Below are positions 1 through 8,002 of a DNA stretch of 64,000 nt, piece after piece; positions within the stretch are counted from its first letter, which is position 1, and the number at the start of each line of letters is the position of its first letter. The translations under genes and the position numbers were made by a program. Under the pieces are notes generated by a model, which saw only the letters and a program-made list of their open reading frames with translations, did no database searches and had not been told where the DNA came from. Location: the IMG/VR virus record IMGVR_UViG_3300032323_001214, positions 62,001-126,000 of that record. One strand, given 5' to 3'.

Positions 1-1659
1 TTCTGCAATTTCTTCAGGAGTTTCAAAAAGTTTAGCTAAATCAGTACCAAACAATTTATCAGAATAAATTGCCATACCTTTCATTACACCGCTCATTACT
101 TTCATTAATTTTTCAAATGCACCGGTAACTGGACCATTCAATAGTCCAACAATTGCATCTGCACCCAATCGTGCTCTACGTTCTGCTTGTTCTTGTGCGT
201 TACGTGCTGCCTTTGCTGGGTCGGTAGTACCTTCTTTGAGTGCTTTTGCTCTAACTGCACGTTCTTCTTCAATAATTTTTTTAATTTCTTCAGGATTTTT
301 GCCACGAAATTTAGCTTCGTTTTCTAATGCTCCTAAACTGTAGGCAAACGACTTACCAACTTCTTTGTTTTGTATAACAGCTTCGCCCAAATTCTCACGT
401 GTTCGTTTAGTTGCCTGTGCCATCATTAAACTTAATTCGTAAGGTTCTTTCTTACCTTTCTTAACTGCATCAATAAATTCTAATATCTCTGGTGCACCAC
501 TAGCAAAGCCAGCACTCAATTCATTAAAATTACCTGTAGCAACCATACTTTGGAACCCGGCTAGTTCCTCACCTTTTAACATGGTTCCAGCCATATCCAT
601 TAATGCAGCAGTACGTTCACGTTCAGCTTTAATATCATTAGCTTGGGCGTTAAGGCCTTGGCTGCGTAACTTTTCTTCTTTATCCTGTAATAATGCTAAT
701 CTAGTTTGTACAGCTAAATCAGCACGTGCAACTTCTTGTGCTTTCTTTGCTTCATCAACTGATAAGCCAGTGATAGCAGATAAATCCATCAAATAGTTGG
801 TATATTCAATTGTTGTTCGCTTTAATGTGCCGTCACGTTTATCTCTATCACTGATAGCAAGACCACTTTTAATTTGCAACTTAATGTAATCTGCTTGGTT
901 CTTGTTAAGTTGCTCTTGTGTAACACCCATTGCTCGATAGTTAGCTAGCAATGTTTCATCCATTGTTGCAAGTTCAGCAAATGCTTTGACACCACCTGTT
1001 ACCGATGCGCTTAGTCCTATAATATCTGTACCAAGACCTTTAGTAATACCTGCAAACTTTTCCATTTCGCCGCTAGAATATCCAGCGGCATTTGCCATGT
1101 TTAATAACTCTTTAGTTGTTAGTGCACCGGTAGCACCAAAATCTGCTAAAATATCCGCTGAATTTAGCATTGCGGCATTTTGCTTGAGTACCATTTCGGC
1201 ACCCACACTGAACAACTTAATTAATCCACCAATAGCAGTACCCAATATACCAAAGTTTTTACCAATACTCATTGCAGCATCACCGGCTGAACTGACTGCA
1301 CTACCATATTTGGTCATGTCACCGCCGGCAGTTAGTAGTGCATTACCAAACTTTTTAAGGCTATCAACTGCCTGCGCACCAGCCATTTTATAATTTGCTT
1401 GAACTTTAGCGTATTCTTCATCAGCTTTGGCTCTAGAGTGAGTTGCAGCGGTAGCCTCTTGTTGAGACTTTAGAAAATCATCTACTAACTTTTTGCCATT
1501 TTTCGTAGTATTTGCGTTACCTTTAGTAGCGTTCATGTTCTCATTCATGGCCGCAGTCATTAAGACCATAGCCGGAACCATACCCGCTACGGTTTCACGC
1601 ATATCACGCATTGATTCGTTTAATTGTCTTAATGTTTCGGGATCTAAATTATCTGCCAT
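1..1659 (-). CDS. Tape measure-like protein, N-terminal 553 aa (continues beyond the left edge; not in ORF track)
   Basis: Manual translation from ATG at 1659 (MADNLDPETLRQLNESMRDMRETVAGM...) stays open to base 1. Ala/Gly/Lys/Glu-rich helical composition, preceded by an ACTAAATA late-type motif, adjacent to hub-assembly genes. Confidence 0.75.
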   Translation of the reverse strand, partial: MADNLDPETLRQLNESMRDMRETVAGMVPAMVLMTAAMNENMNATKGNANTTKNGKKLVDDFLKSQQEATAATHSRAKADEEYAKVQANYKMAGAQAVDSLKKFGNALLTAGGDMTKYGSAVSSAGDAAMSIGKNFGILGTAIGGLIKLFSVGAEMVLKQNAAMLNSADILADFGATGALTTKELLNMANAAGYSSGEMEKFAGITKGLGTDIIGLSASVTGGVKAFAELATMDETLLANYRAMGVTQEQLNKNQADYIKLQIKSGLAISDRDKRDGTLKRTTIEYTNYLMDLSAITGLSVDEAKKAQEVARADLAVQTRLALLQDKEEKLRSQGLNAQANDIKAERERTAALMDMAGTMLKGEELAGFQSMVATGNFNELSAGFASGAPEILEFIDAVKKGKKEPYELSLMMAQATKRTRENLGEAVIQNKEVGKSFAYSLGALENEAKFRGKNPEEIKKIIEEERAVRAKALKEGTTDPAKAARNAQEQAERRARLGADAIVGLLNGPVTGAFEKLMKVMSGVMKGMAIYSDKLFGTDLAKLFETPEEIAE

Positions 1660-1670
1660 GGTTTGTACTC

Positions 1671-1695
1671 ACTAAATAATACTCATGTATTTAGT
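1671..1695. promoter_or_regulatory. Pair of overlapping divergent T4-type late promoters
   Basis: ACTAAATA at 1671-1678 (+) and its reverse complement TATTTAGT at 1688-1695 (-), between divergent structural genes; resembles the T4 gp55 consensus TATAAATA. Confidence 0.65.
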
Positions 1696-1734
1696 ATCGG
1701 GTAAACACCCATTTCAAAGACATAAGGAAAAATC

Positions 1735-2565
1735 ATGGCAATTCAAAACAATCCGTTAAAGCAATATTTTCGCAGACCAGCAATATATCTGAAATTACCA
1801 AGTGGTGGTAAAAACTATCCTGAGGGAGTTATTGTTATGCCCGAAACCGGAGAACTCCCAGTTTATCCTATGACTGCTATCGATGAAATTACCTCAAAGA
1901 CACCGGACGGACTTTTTAATGGTTCAGCAGTAGCCGAAATTATTAGTAGCTGTATTCCTAATATTAAGGATCCTTGGCAACTAACCAGCGTGGATTTGGA
2001 TGCTGTACTAATAGCTATACGTTCAGCCGCAAATGGTAGTGAATTGGAAATAGAAACTGTATGTCCAGCTTGTACAGAAGATGCCAAGTATGGTTTAAAT
2101 TTAGTTGGTTTGTTAAGTACTATTAAATCTGGAGATTACGATACCGAATTAGCAGTTAACGATTTGTTAATTAAATTTAGACCACTGACCTTTAAAGAAA
2201 TGAATATTGTTAGTGTAAGTCAGTTTGAAATGCAAAGACAGTTTATTCAATTAAATGCATTGGAAGACAGTGACGAGAAGAACAAAAGAAGCAAAGAAGT
2301 ATTAAAAGCAATTACCGATACAACTATGCAAGCTCTTTCAAAATGCATAGTGTATATAAAGACTCCTACGGTCTTCGTTGATGAAAACGAATTTATACTT
2401 GATTTTATACAGAACTGTGATAAGACAATGTATGAACAAATCAGAGACCATAATGCATTATTAAAGCAACAATCCGAATCAAAACCCTTAAAAGTAAAGT
2501 GTATTCACTGCAACCATGAATACGAACAACCCTTTACTATGAACATATCTGATTTTTTCGTATAA
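1735..2565 (+). CDS. T4 gp26-like baseplate hub subunit / tail assembly chaperone
   Basis: NPLKQYFRRPAIYLKLPS, YPMTAIDE, DLDAVLIAIRSA, two CxxC pairs (CPAC, CIHC), C-terminal DFF; AAGGA RBS upstream. Confidence 0.75.
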   Translation: MAIQNNPLKQYFRRPAIYLKLPSGGKNYPEGVIVMPETGELPVYPMTAIDEITSKTPDGLFNGSAVAEIISSCIPNIKDPWQLTSVDLDAVLIAIRSAANGSELEIETVCPACTEDAKYGLNLVGLLSTIKSGDYDTELAVNDLLIKFRPLTFKEMNIVSVSQFEMQRQFIQLNALEDSDEKNKRSKEVLKAITDTTMQALSKCIVYIKTPTVFVDENEFILDFIQNCDKTMYEQIRDHNALLKQQSESKPLKVKCIHCNHEYEQPFTMNISDFFV

Positions 2566-2602
2566 GGCTTCTGCATTCTAGCCCTGAGGATGTACAGAAG
2601 CT
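2553..2602 (+). promoter_or_regulatory. Candidate -1 programmed ribosomal frameshift signal
   Basis: In-frame slippery heptamer T_TTT_TTC (2553-2559), 6-7 nt spacer, stem-loop GGCTTCTG-CATTCT...AGGATG-TA-CAGAAGCT (2566-2602); the -1 frame is open from 2553 to the stop at 2789. Confidence 0.65.
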
Positions 2603-2612
2603 GATAGAAGGT

Positions 2613-2789
2613 ATGGAGAAGGAATGTGCCAGCATAAAGAAAAACGCAATAAGTTTAAGCTGGTACATGAGGGGTGGAATCTCATATGAAGATATACTAA
2701 ACATGTCCTCCGAGGAAAGAGCACAGGTAGTAGAATTGGTTAATAGTAACTTAGAAACTACTAAGAAGTCAGGACAGCCATTCTTCTAA
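2613..2789 (+). CDS. gp51-like hub assembly catalyst, 58 aa (not in ORF track; possibly the frameshifted C-terminal extension of the upstream gene)
   Basis: MEKECASIKKNAISLSWYMRGGISYEDILNMSSEERAQVVELVNSNLETTKKSGQPFF; the S-x-x-[DE]-I-x-x-M-x-x-x-ER pattern is typical of gp51-like/tail chaperone C-terminal domains. Confidence 0.7.
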   Translation: MEKECASIKKNAISLSWYMRGGISYEDILNMSSEERAQVVELVNSNLETTKKSGQPFF

Positions 2790-2834
2790 CTATATCCATA
2801 GCTGTTCATTTATCACATCGGGTGTCACTTGTAG

Positions 2835-2879
2835 AGATGGGCTTGACGCCCATCTAAGAACTCACTTCGTTCGTTCTTA
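2835..2879. repeat. Two adjacent inverted repeats (hairpins)
   Basis: AGATGGGC-ttgac-GCCCATCT (2835-2855) and TAAGAAC-tc-AC-ttc-GT-tc-GTTCTTA (2855-2879), followed on + by a T-rich tract; terminator and/or DNA hairpin. Confidence 0.6.
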
Positions 2880-2929
2880 AGTTTTATTCTTTTAAATTCT
2901 TTTTTATTCTAATCTAATAGGAGTATACT

Positions 2930-3290
2930 TGCCGATTTGAAGCCATGGTAGTGCAAATTTTGCACTACCATTGGTAAGGGTTGTTTTGCACGACCGTCAT
3001 CCATTAGTTGTCTATCCTCATACAATTAGCTATTTCTGCTATCACATGCTACCGGTTACCCTGTAAAGTTTATAGGCTGTAGTGAAGTCTGTCAATTATC
3101 TTTCAATTGACGCTTCGGTAACGCACATTCTGTATCATCAAGACAAAGTAGATACAGACTTGTTGAAGGTTCGCTTTTGTCGATTGCCTTCTCGGTATTC
3201 CATATACATAAATGTATACGTTTACTCCAGATCCATCAGCTATCTTTCAAGCATCTTCAAGGAGGTCCTGCAGCCAGGACGACAAATTTT
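2930..3290 (-). ncRNA. Candidate large structured non-coding RNA, family unassigned
   Basis: Dense stems in an intergenic gap: 3265-3280, 3201-3220, 3129-3136/3151-3158, 3091-3097/3105-3111, 3055-3060/3117-3122, 2945-2956/2960-2971, long-range 3176-3182/3280-3286. A mismatch in the 3201-3220 stem is a G-U pair only on the minus strand. Confidence 0.55.
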
Positions 3291-3299
3291 TATTTTAAT

Positions 3300-3872
3300 T
3301 TATTGTAGTGGGGAACTATCGTAGATGCTAATATCTTGTATTGACTTGGTGTCAGGTGATTCAGTTGAGTATGTTTTTAATAGATTAACATTGTGTTTGA
3401 AGAAACTGTCAAATTCGAAAATCATCCAGTCTCCGTGTTTTTTGCTAGTGTAATATATAAAATTGTCAGAAATCCATGTAAGCTTGCTTTGAACACAAAC
3501 ATACTTCCCCTTACGATTGAACTTCATAAAAAGAAGATTTACATCATTGGTATCTGCTACATCCATAAGTTGATCTAGCCAAGCGTCTATTACTTTACAA
3601 TCCCCTGTAAGTAATAGATGAAACGGGAAGTCAGCATAAAATTTGCATTCCACGTTCATTTTACTGAAACTTTGTCCTGGTACAATATCACCTTTGAATG
3701 AACGTACTTGTCCTTCATGTAATACTGTTGTTCTATGCTGATTTTTACCGCCCACATAAGCGCCAGACCCCGGAGCGCGGATGAATGATTCACCGTACTT
3801 CTCTGATAGATATTTAGCGACTTCTCGCTCAAAACCGGAGCCTTTAGCTTTTTGTGGACTTGTCATAGACAT
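3300..3872 (-). CDS. Hjc-like PD-(D/E)xK Holliday junction resolvase
   Basis: KAKGSGFEREVA, GDIV, NVECK nuclease motifs; downstream of gp46/47. The true start may be the ATG at 3866. Confidence 0.75.
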   Translation of the reverse strand: MSMTSPQKAKGSGFEREVAKYLSEKYGESFIRAPGSGAYVGGKNQHRTTVLHEGQVRSFKGDIVPGQSFSKMNVECKFYADFPFHLLLTGDCKVIDAWLDQLMDVADTNDVNLLFMKFNRKGKYVCVQSKLTWISDNFIYYTSKKHGDWMIFEFDSFFKHNVNLLKTYSTESPDTKSIQDISIYDSSPLQ

Positions 3873-3873
3873 A

Positions 3874-3881
3874 TACTTATC
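3874..3881 (-). promoter_or_regulatory. Possible late promoter variant GATAAGTA
   Basis: One mismatch to the GATAAATA motif seen repeatedly in this window; immediately upstream of the resolvase start. Confidence 0.4.
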
Positions 3882-3903
3882 ATGTATTATTACAACCTAT
3901 AAT

Positions 3904-5976
3904 TTATTCTACGTCCACCGCAGTATTATAGCTTGTAAAGCCGTTTTCTTTCACAACTTTTAGAACATTTGGTACACGACCTGCTAGTTCTTCACGGTGT
4001 GAAACAAGCCAAATAGATTTTTGTCGTCTACGTGACATGTCTTTGAGAATTGCTAGACTGTTCTCAACACCCATTGTGTCAAGACCACTGTCAATCAATT
4101 CGTCAATGAATAGTGTGTTGATCGGACTGTATAATGATTCCCAAACGTCACGGAATGCAAAACTCAAGCCAAGAATCAATCGATTGCGTTCACCACGGCT
4201 CAAGTTATCAAAGTCAAGTTCACGACCCAGTTCTGTAATTTCAACCTGCAAATCATTCTTAAAGATAACTTGATGTGGTAAACCAATTTTGTCTAGGTAA
4301 TGTGTCAATCTTGCGTTTAGATAACTCAAGTTTTGGTCAATAATCTTCTTACGAACAAAACTATCTTTGCTAGTTAACAAATCTAATAAGAACTTTTGAT
4401 GTTCCATTGTACGTGTTAATTTATTGATAGCTTCAAAGTCAATTGCTTGTAGTGCTTGTGTTTCCATTTCAGACACTTGTTCTGCATATGGATCAGTTTC
4501 TTGTGACTTGTTATCAATCTGATTAAGAATGTTAGCAACTTCACTTGAATGTTTGATTGCTTCTGCTTCTGTGTCATAATGGGTAACAGGTTGCGGACCT
4601 AAAACTATAGGAGTCAATTCATTTAGTTGTTCACTAAATGGATTAGTTTCTTGCTTTTTATCTTCCCAAACTTTCTTCAAGTTAGCTACGTCACCACTGT
4701 GACGTATCGCCTCTGCCTCAGTTTTATACGATGGTTTAGGTTTAGGACCCAATTCTTTAATTAGTGCTTGATTATTTGCTAGTTGTTCTTCTAAATCGGC
4801 TAAATCAGCCTTAGCATTTTCAAGCAGTGTGGTCTTTTGTAATGTAACTTCTAAATGCTTGTCATCATAGAAATCTTGTCCACAAGCATAACACTTATGA
4901 TCCTCAAGTTCTTTAACTTCCCGAACCAATTTATCAATTAATTTTTTTTCTTTTGTGATACTTTTGGTTAGGGTATCAATTATTGTTGCGATAGATTTTT
5001 GTTCGGCATCGTCATGCATCCACTCTTTTAAATCACTCCATGCTTTAAGTTCAGCATCAATATCATATTCATTCTTAAGCAGGTAAGCAGTATGTGCAAC
5101 AGAAACATCACTGTCGTGTTTCTGTTGCCAAGCAGTAGAACGTGCAACCAATGCATTGTATGCATCTTGTGCTTCTTTCTGTTTATTCCAGATGTTTAAA
5201 TCTTTGTGCGCTTGTAGTTCTATGGAAATATCAATCTTGCTCAACTCATCATATTGAAGTGCCAAACTGATTAAATCATCATCATGTTTCTTCAACCACA
5301 ATGTTTGTCTGCGTTTTAGTGCATCAATCTGTTCTTTAACTCGCTTGTTAGCTTCTTCAATGGCTTTAACTCTGAATTCTTCACTCTGAATATCATCTTT
5401 GCTACGGCGAATCATTTCTTTAATGATTTCAGCCTTTTCACTCAACAGTGTGATGCCCATTAGTTGTTCAATGATATCCTTTTGTTCGTTGTTCTTTAGT
5501 GCAAGAAACGGTTCGCTATATGTGTTCAATACAACGATATGACGGAACATGTCAGGAGACATGTTGATAACTTTTTCGATTGCCGCCTGTGTTTCTTTAT
5601 TTTCACCTTGCTGATCTTCAGTAGCCTTCTCCTGAACATTATTTACGTAGAACTTAAGAATGTTTGGCTTACGACCGCGCTCAATTTTATAGCTAATACC
5701 ATTGACGTTGAACGTCAATGTAACAAGCATAGCCTTCCCATTAGTACGATTAACTAAATTATCTTTACGAATGTTATTAATGGGTGTACCAAATAGTGCA
5801 TAGGATAGTCCTTGAATAAGTGTTGTCTTACCCGTACCGTTTCTAGCACCATCACCACCTAAGTCTAAGTTCTCACCTAGAATAAGTGTTAAGTCTTTCT
5901 TGTCAAAGTCAACTGCTTGTGTTACTGCGCCGATGCTTAAAAAATTTCGTAAAGTTATGTTTTGGAGTGTTATCAT
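3904..5976 (-). CDS. gp46: Rad50/SbcC-like recombination ATPase (T4 gp46-like)
   Basis: NFLSIG start, Walker A GTGKTT, coiled coils with central zinc hook CYAC, signature LSRGE, Walker B FIDE, H-loop VSH. Confidence 0.93.
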   Translation of the reverse strand: MITLQNITLRNFLSIGAVTQAVDFDKKDLTLILGENLDLGGDGARNGTGKTTLIQGLSYALFGTPINNIRKDNLVNRTNGKAMLVTLTFNVNGISYKIERGRKPNILKFYVNNVQEKATEDQQGENKETQAAIEKVINMSPDMFRHIVVLNTYSEPFLALKNNEQKDIIEQLMGITLLSEKAEIIKEMIRRSKDDIQSEEFRVKAIEEANKRVKEQIDALKRRQTLWLKKHDDDLISLALQYDELSKIDISIELQAHKDLNIWNKQKEAQDAYNALVARSTAWQQKHDSDVSVAHTAYLLKNEYDIDAELKAWSDLKEWMHDDAEQKSIATIIDTLTKSITKEKKLIDKLVREVKELEDHKCYACGQDFYDDKHLEVTLQKTTLLENAKADLADLEEQLANNQALIKELGPKPKPSYKTEAEAIRHSGDVANLKKVWEDKKQETNPFSEQLNELTPIVLGPQPVTHYDTEAEAIKHSSEVANILNQIDNKSQETDPYAEQVSEMETQALQAIDFEAINKLTRTMEHQKFLLDLLTSKDSFVRKKIIDQNLSYLNARLTHYLDKIGLPHQVIFKNDLQVEITELGRELDFDNLSRGERNRLILGLSFAFRDVWESLYSPINTLFIDELIDSGLDTMGVENSLAILKDMSRRRQKSIWLVSHREELAGRVPNVLKVVKENGFTSYNTAVDVE

Positions 5977-6179
5977 TTTAATTTTCTAAAAAAACTATCT
6001 TTGGCTAATTTTTCTGCCTTCAATGTCTTTTCTATAATACTTTCTACTCTAAGTTTGACTCTAATCAATCTATGTGTTTCTCTTAAACTACCTATATATG
6101 GTTGTGTTTTTGATAGTTCAGATAACGCAATACCCAAGTGCTTGTTTATTTTTATAAGAGAATCTAATTCGTAGTTCAT
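5973..6179 (-). CDS. Hypothetical protein, 68 aa
   Basis: Fills the gap between gp47 and gp46 with 4-bp overlaps at both ends. Confidence 0.65.
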   Translation of the reverse strand: MNYELDSLIKINKHLGIALSELSKTQPYIGSLRETHRLIRVKLRVESIIEKTLKAEKLAKDSFFRKLK

Positions 6180-7189
6180 AGATTGTTGTAGATGTCCAAA
6201 AGAATCTTCTTATCAAAATTATTTGATTCAATTGCATTAATTTGGTCAATGATAATTTGATCTACACTTTCAAACTTTAGTCCGTCACTAGTTTGACCAT
6301 TTTCATTTGTTTCTACTTTCATAGGTATCAATGCCATTTCACGTAGTTTATGTTCTGGTATCCATGTCTCACGCAAGAAGTTTGCTTCTTCGTATGAGAT
6401 TTCAATGTCAAGATGTACTCTAACATGACTGTCAATCAATAGCAAGCCCTCAGGGTTTTCTAAAATGTCACTTAGTTTATGAACACGAAACACGGGTTGT
6501 CTAGGCCATGTATGAAAGACTGGTTCACTTCCCCATTCCAATATCATCATGCCACGTGCGTCATCACCCGCATCAGCATAGTTATGTGGGAATGCATTAC
6601 CGATATACCAAATGTTCTTACGTGCTTGACGTTTATGAAAATGACCACTGAATACTTTCTCAAACCCGGTCATATGGTCCTCGTTAATTTCACCGTGATC
6701 GGGCATCTCTACCATAGCATTCATATAAAAGCGTGGTAGTTCTAAATGACCAAATAAGTATTTGCCACCCATCTTCTGTAGTTTTTTGTAATCTTCTTGT
6801 ACAAGCCAGGGTGCAATAACCACATCTCCTTGACTGAAGAAGTCGTTGATGATTTTAACATTTGGTAAATGCTTACCCCACTCAACACTATGAACGTCCC
6901 GCTTATCACGATAATAAAGATCGTGATTGCCTGGTATAAAATACACAGTGTCAAAGTTAGCACTTAGTTTTTCTAATGCTTGTAAGCCAAACTGTAGTGT
7001 ATGAATGTTAATACTTGCACGATGGTGATTATAATCGCCCAAGAAGAAACATGTCTCACATCCCTCACTCTTTGCTTTTTTAATGAACCAATCTACGAAA
7101 TCAGCACAGTCTTGATTGTGTTGTAGGCTGTTAGACTTCAATCCAAAATGCACGTCGGTGAAAACCGCTGCCTTCTTAAATAAATTCAT
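6176..7189 (-). CDS. gp47: Mre11/SbcD-like recombination nuclease (T4 gp47-like)
   Basis: Metallophosphoesterase motifs TDVHFG, LGD, GNHD, GHLE, SGHFH. Confidence 0.93.
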   Translation of the reverse strand: MNLFKKAAVFTDVHFGLKSNSLQHNQDCADFVDWFIKKAKSEGCETCFFLGDYNHHRASINIHTLQFGLQALEKLSANFDTVYFIPGNHDLYYRDKRDVHSVEWGKHLPNVKIINDFFSQGDVVIAPWLVQEDYKKLQKMGGKYLFGHLELPRFYMNAMVEMPDHGEINEDHMTGFEKVFSGHFHKRQARKNIWYIGNAFPHNYADAGDDARGMMILEWGSEPVFHTWPRQPVFRVHKLSDILENPEGLLLIDSHVRVHLDIEISYEEANFLRETWIPEHKLREMALIPMKVETNENGQTSDGLKFESVDQIIIDQINAIESNNFDKKILLDIYNNL

Positions 7190-7947
7190 TCATTGTCCTT
7201 AAGTTTGTATCCATTATAAAATTCCCCGTTTTTTGATTTTTCTCGAATAGTACTCATCCACTGACCTGTTTGTCTTTGGAACTCACTGATACTAGTATAC
7301 ACTTCTACTTCCCCGGAGTCACGCAATAAGGTAACCTTCTTAGATGTTTTTTCAGCACCTTTTAATCCGTTCTGTATTCTATATTTTTTTGCGAGTTCTG
7401 GATTTTCTTTTTGCCATTGTTTTATTCCAGCACTATGTTTTTCTTTTGCTCCGGCTACTGAATCATAATATCCTTTTAAGGTAGTTGATCTGTTTTTACA
7501 GGCATCATCTGTGTGGCAGTGCCTAATCATTTCTTGTCGTTCTTCAAGAGTAGTACCCTCCCATTTTTTCTTGTTGAACAACCTCCATTTTTCACCTAAT
7601 GCTTCTCTAATAATTACTACTTCTTCATCAGTGAACATAGTTAAATCATTGTTCAATCCATCACCACCGGGTGTGCTATTAAGACCATTCTTATAAGAAT
7701 CGTATTGACTAATATACTTTATTTCTGCTAATGCGAGTTGAGATATAGAATCAAATCCAGAGTCAATTACTTCATATACACAATTGCTGGGTCCATATTG
7801 GTTAATAGCGTTGTGTAATTTTCCTTTAGGATCAGTGATTGATTCCTTGCAGTGTGTTTTCCAACGAGATTTTTTATACTCAGGTTTTGTGTCTAACCCA
7901 ATGTATACTTTCCCTAAAGGAACAACGGTGATTTTGTAAATGAACAT
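7186..7947 (-). CDS. Free-standing GIY-YIG (Seg-like) homing endonuclease
   Basis: FIYKIT...VYIG, RWKTH, conserved E and GLN motifs in the N-terminal ~100 aa; basic C-terminal DNA-binding-like region; inserted between the sigma factor and gp47. Confidence 0.8.
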   Translation of the reverse strand: MFIYKITVVPLGKVYIGLDTKPEYKKSRWKTHCKESITDPKGKLHNAINQYGPSNCVYEVIDSGFDSISQLALAEIKYISQYDSYKNGLNSTPGGDGLNNDLTMFTDEEVVIIREALGEKWRLFNKKKWEGTTLEERQEMIRHCHTDDACKNRSTTLKGYYDSVAGAKEKHSAGIKQWQKENPELAKKYRIQNGLKGAEKTSKKVTLLRDSGEVEVYTSISEFQRQTGQWMSTIREKSKNGEFYNGYKLKDNE

Positions 7948-7951
7948 TTTA

Positions 7952-7993
7952 TAGCCCTAAATGAATGATATACTTATTTATCATTTAGGGCTA
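7952..7993 (-). promoter_or_regulatory. RBS-sequestering hairpin with an internal late promoter
   Basis: 13-bp perfect inverted repeat TAGCCCTAAATGA/TCATTTAGGGCTA; GATAAATA at 7982-7975 inside it; the 3' arm holds the AGGG RBS and ends 4 nt before the ATG. Confidence 0.8.
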
Positions 7994-8002
7994 AAATATT
8001 GA

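Noticed and set aside
581-1675. Plus-strand ORFs 581-796, 986-1393 and 1493-1675
   Set aside because: Antisense shadows of the long minus-strand tape-measure-like frame.
2930-3290. tmRNA, RNase P, tRNA or group I intron identity for the structured region
   Set aside because: No tRNA-like ends, no GAGGAAAGUCC-type RNase P motif, no interrupted gene; identity left open.
3082-3324. 80-aa plus-strand ORF in the structured region
   Set aside because: GTG start without RBS, no recognisable motifs, overlaps the resolvase end; the stems are better explained as non-coding structure.
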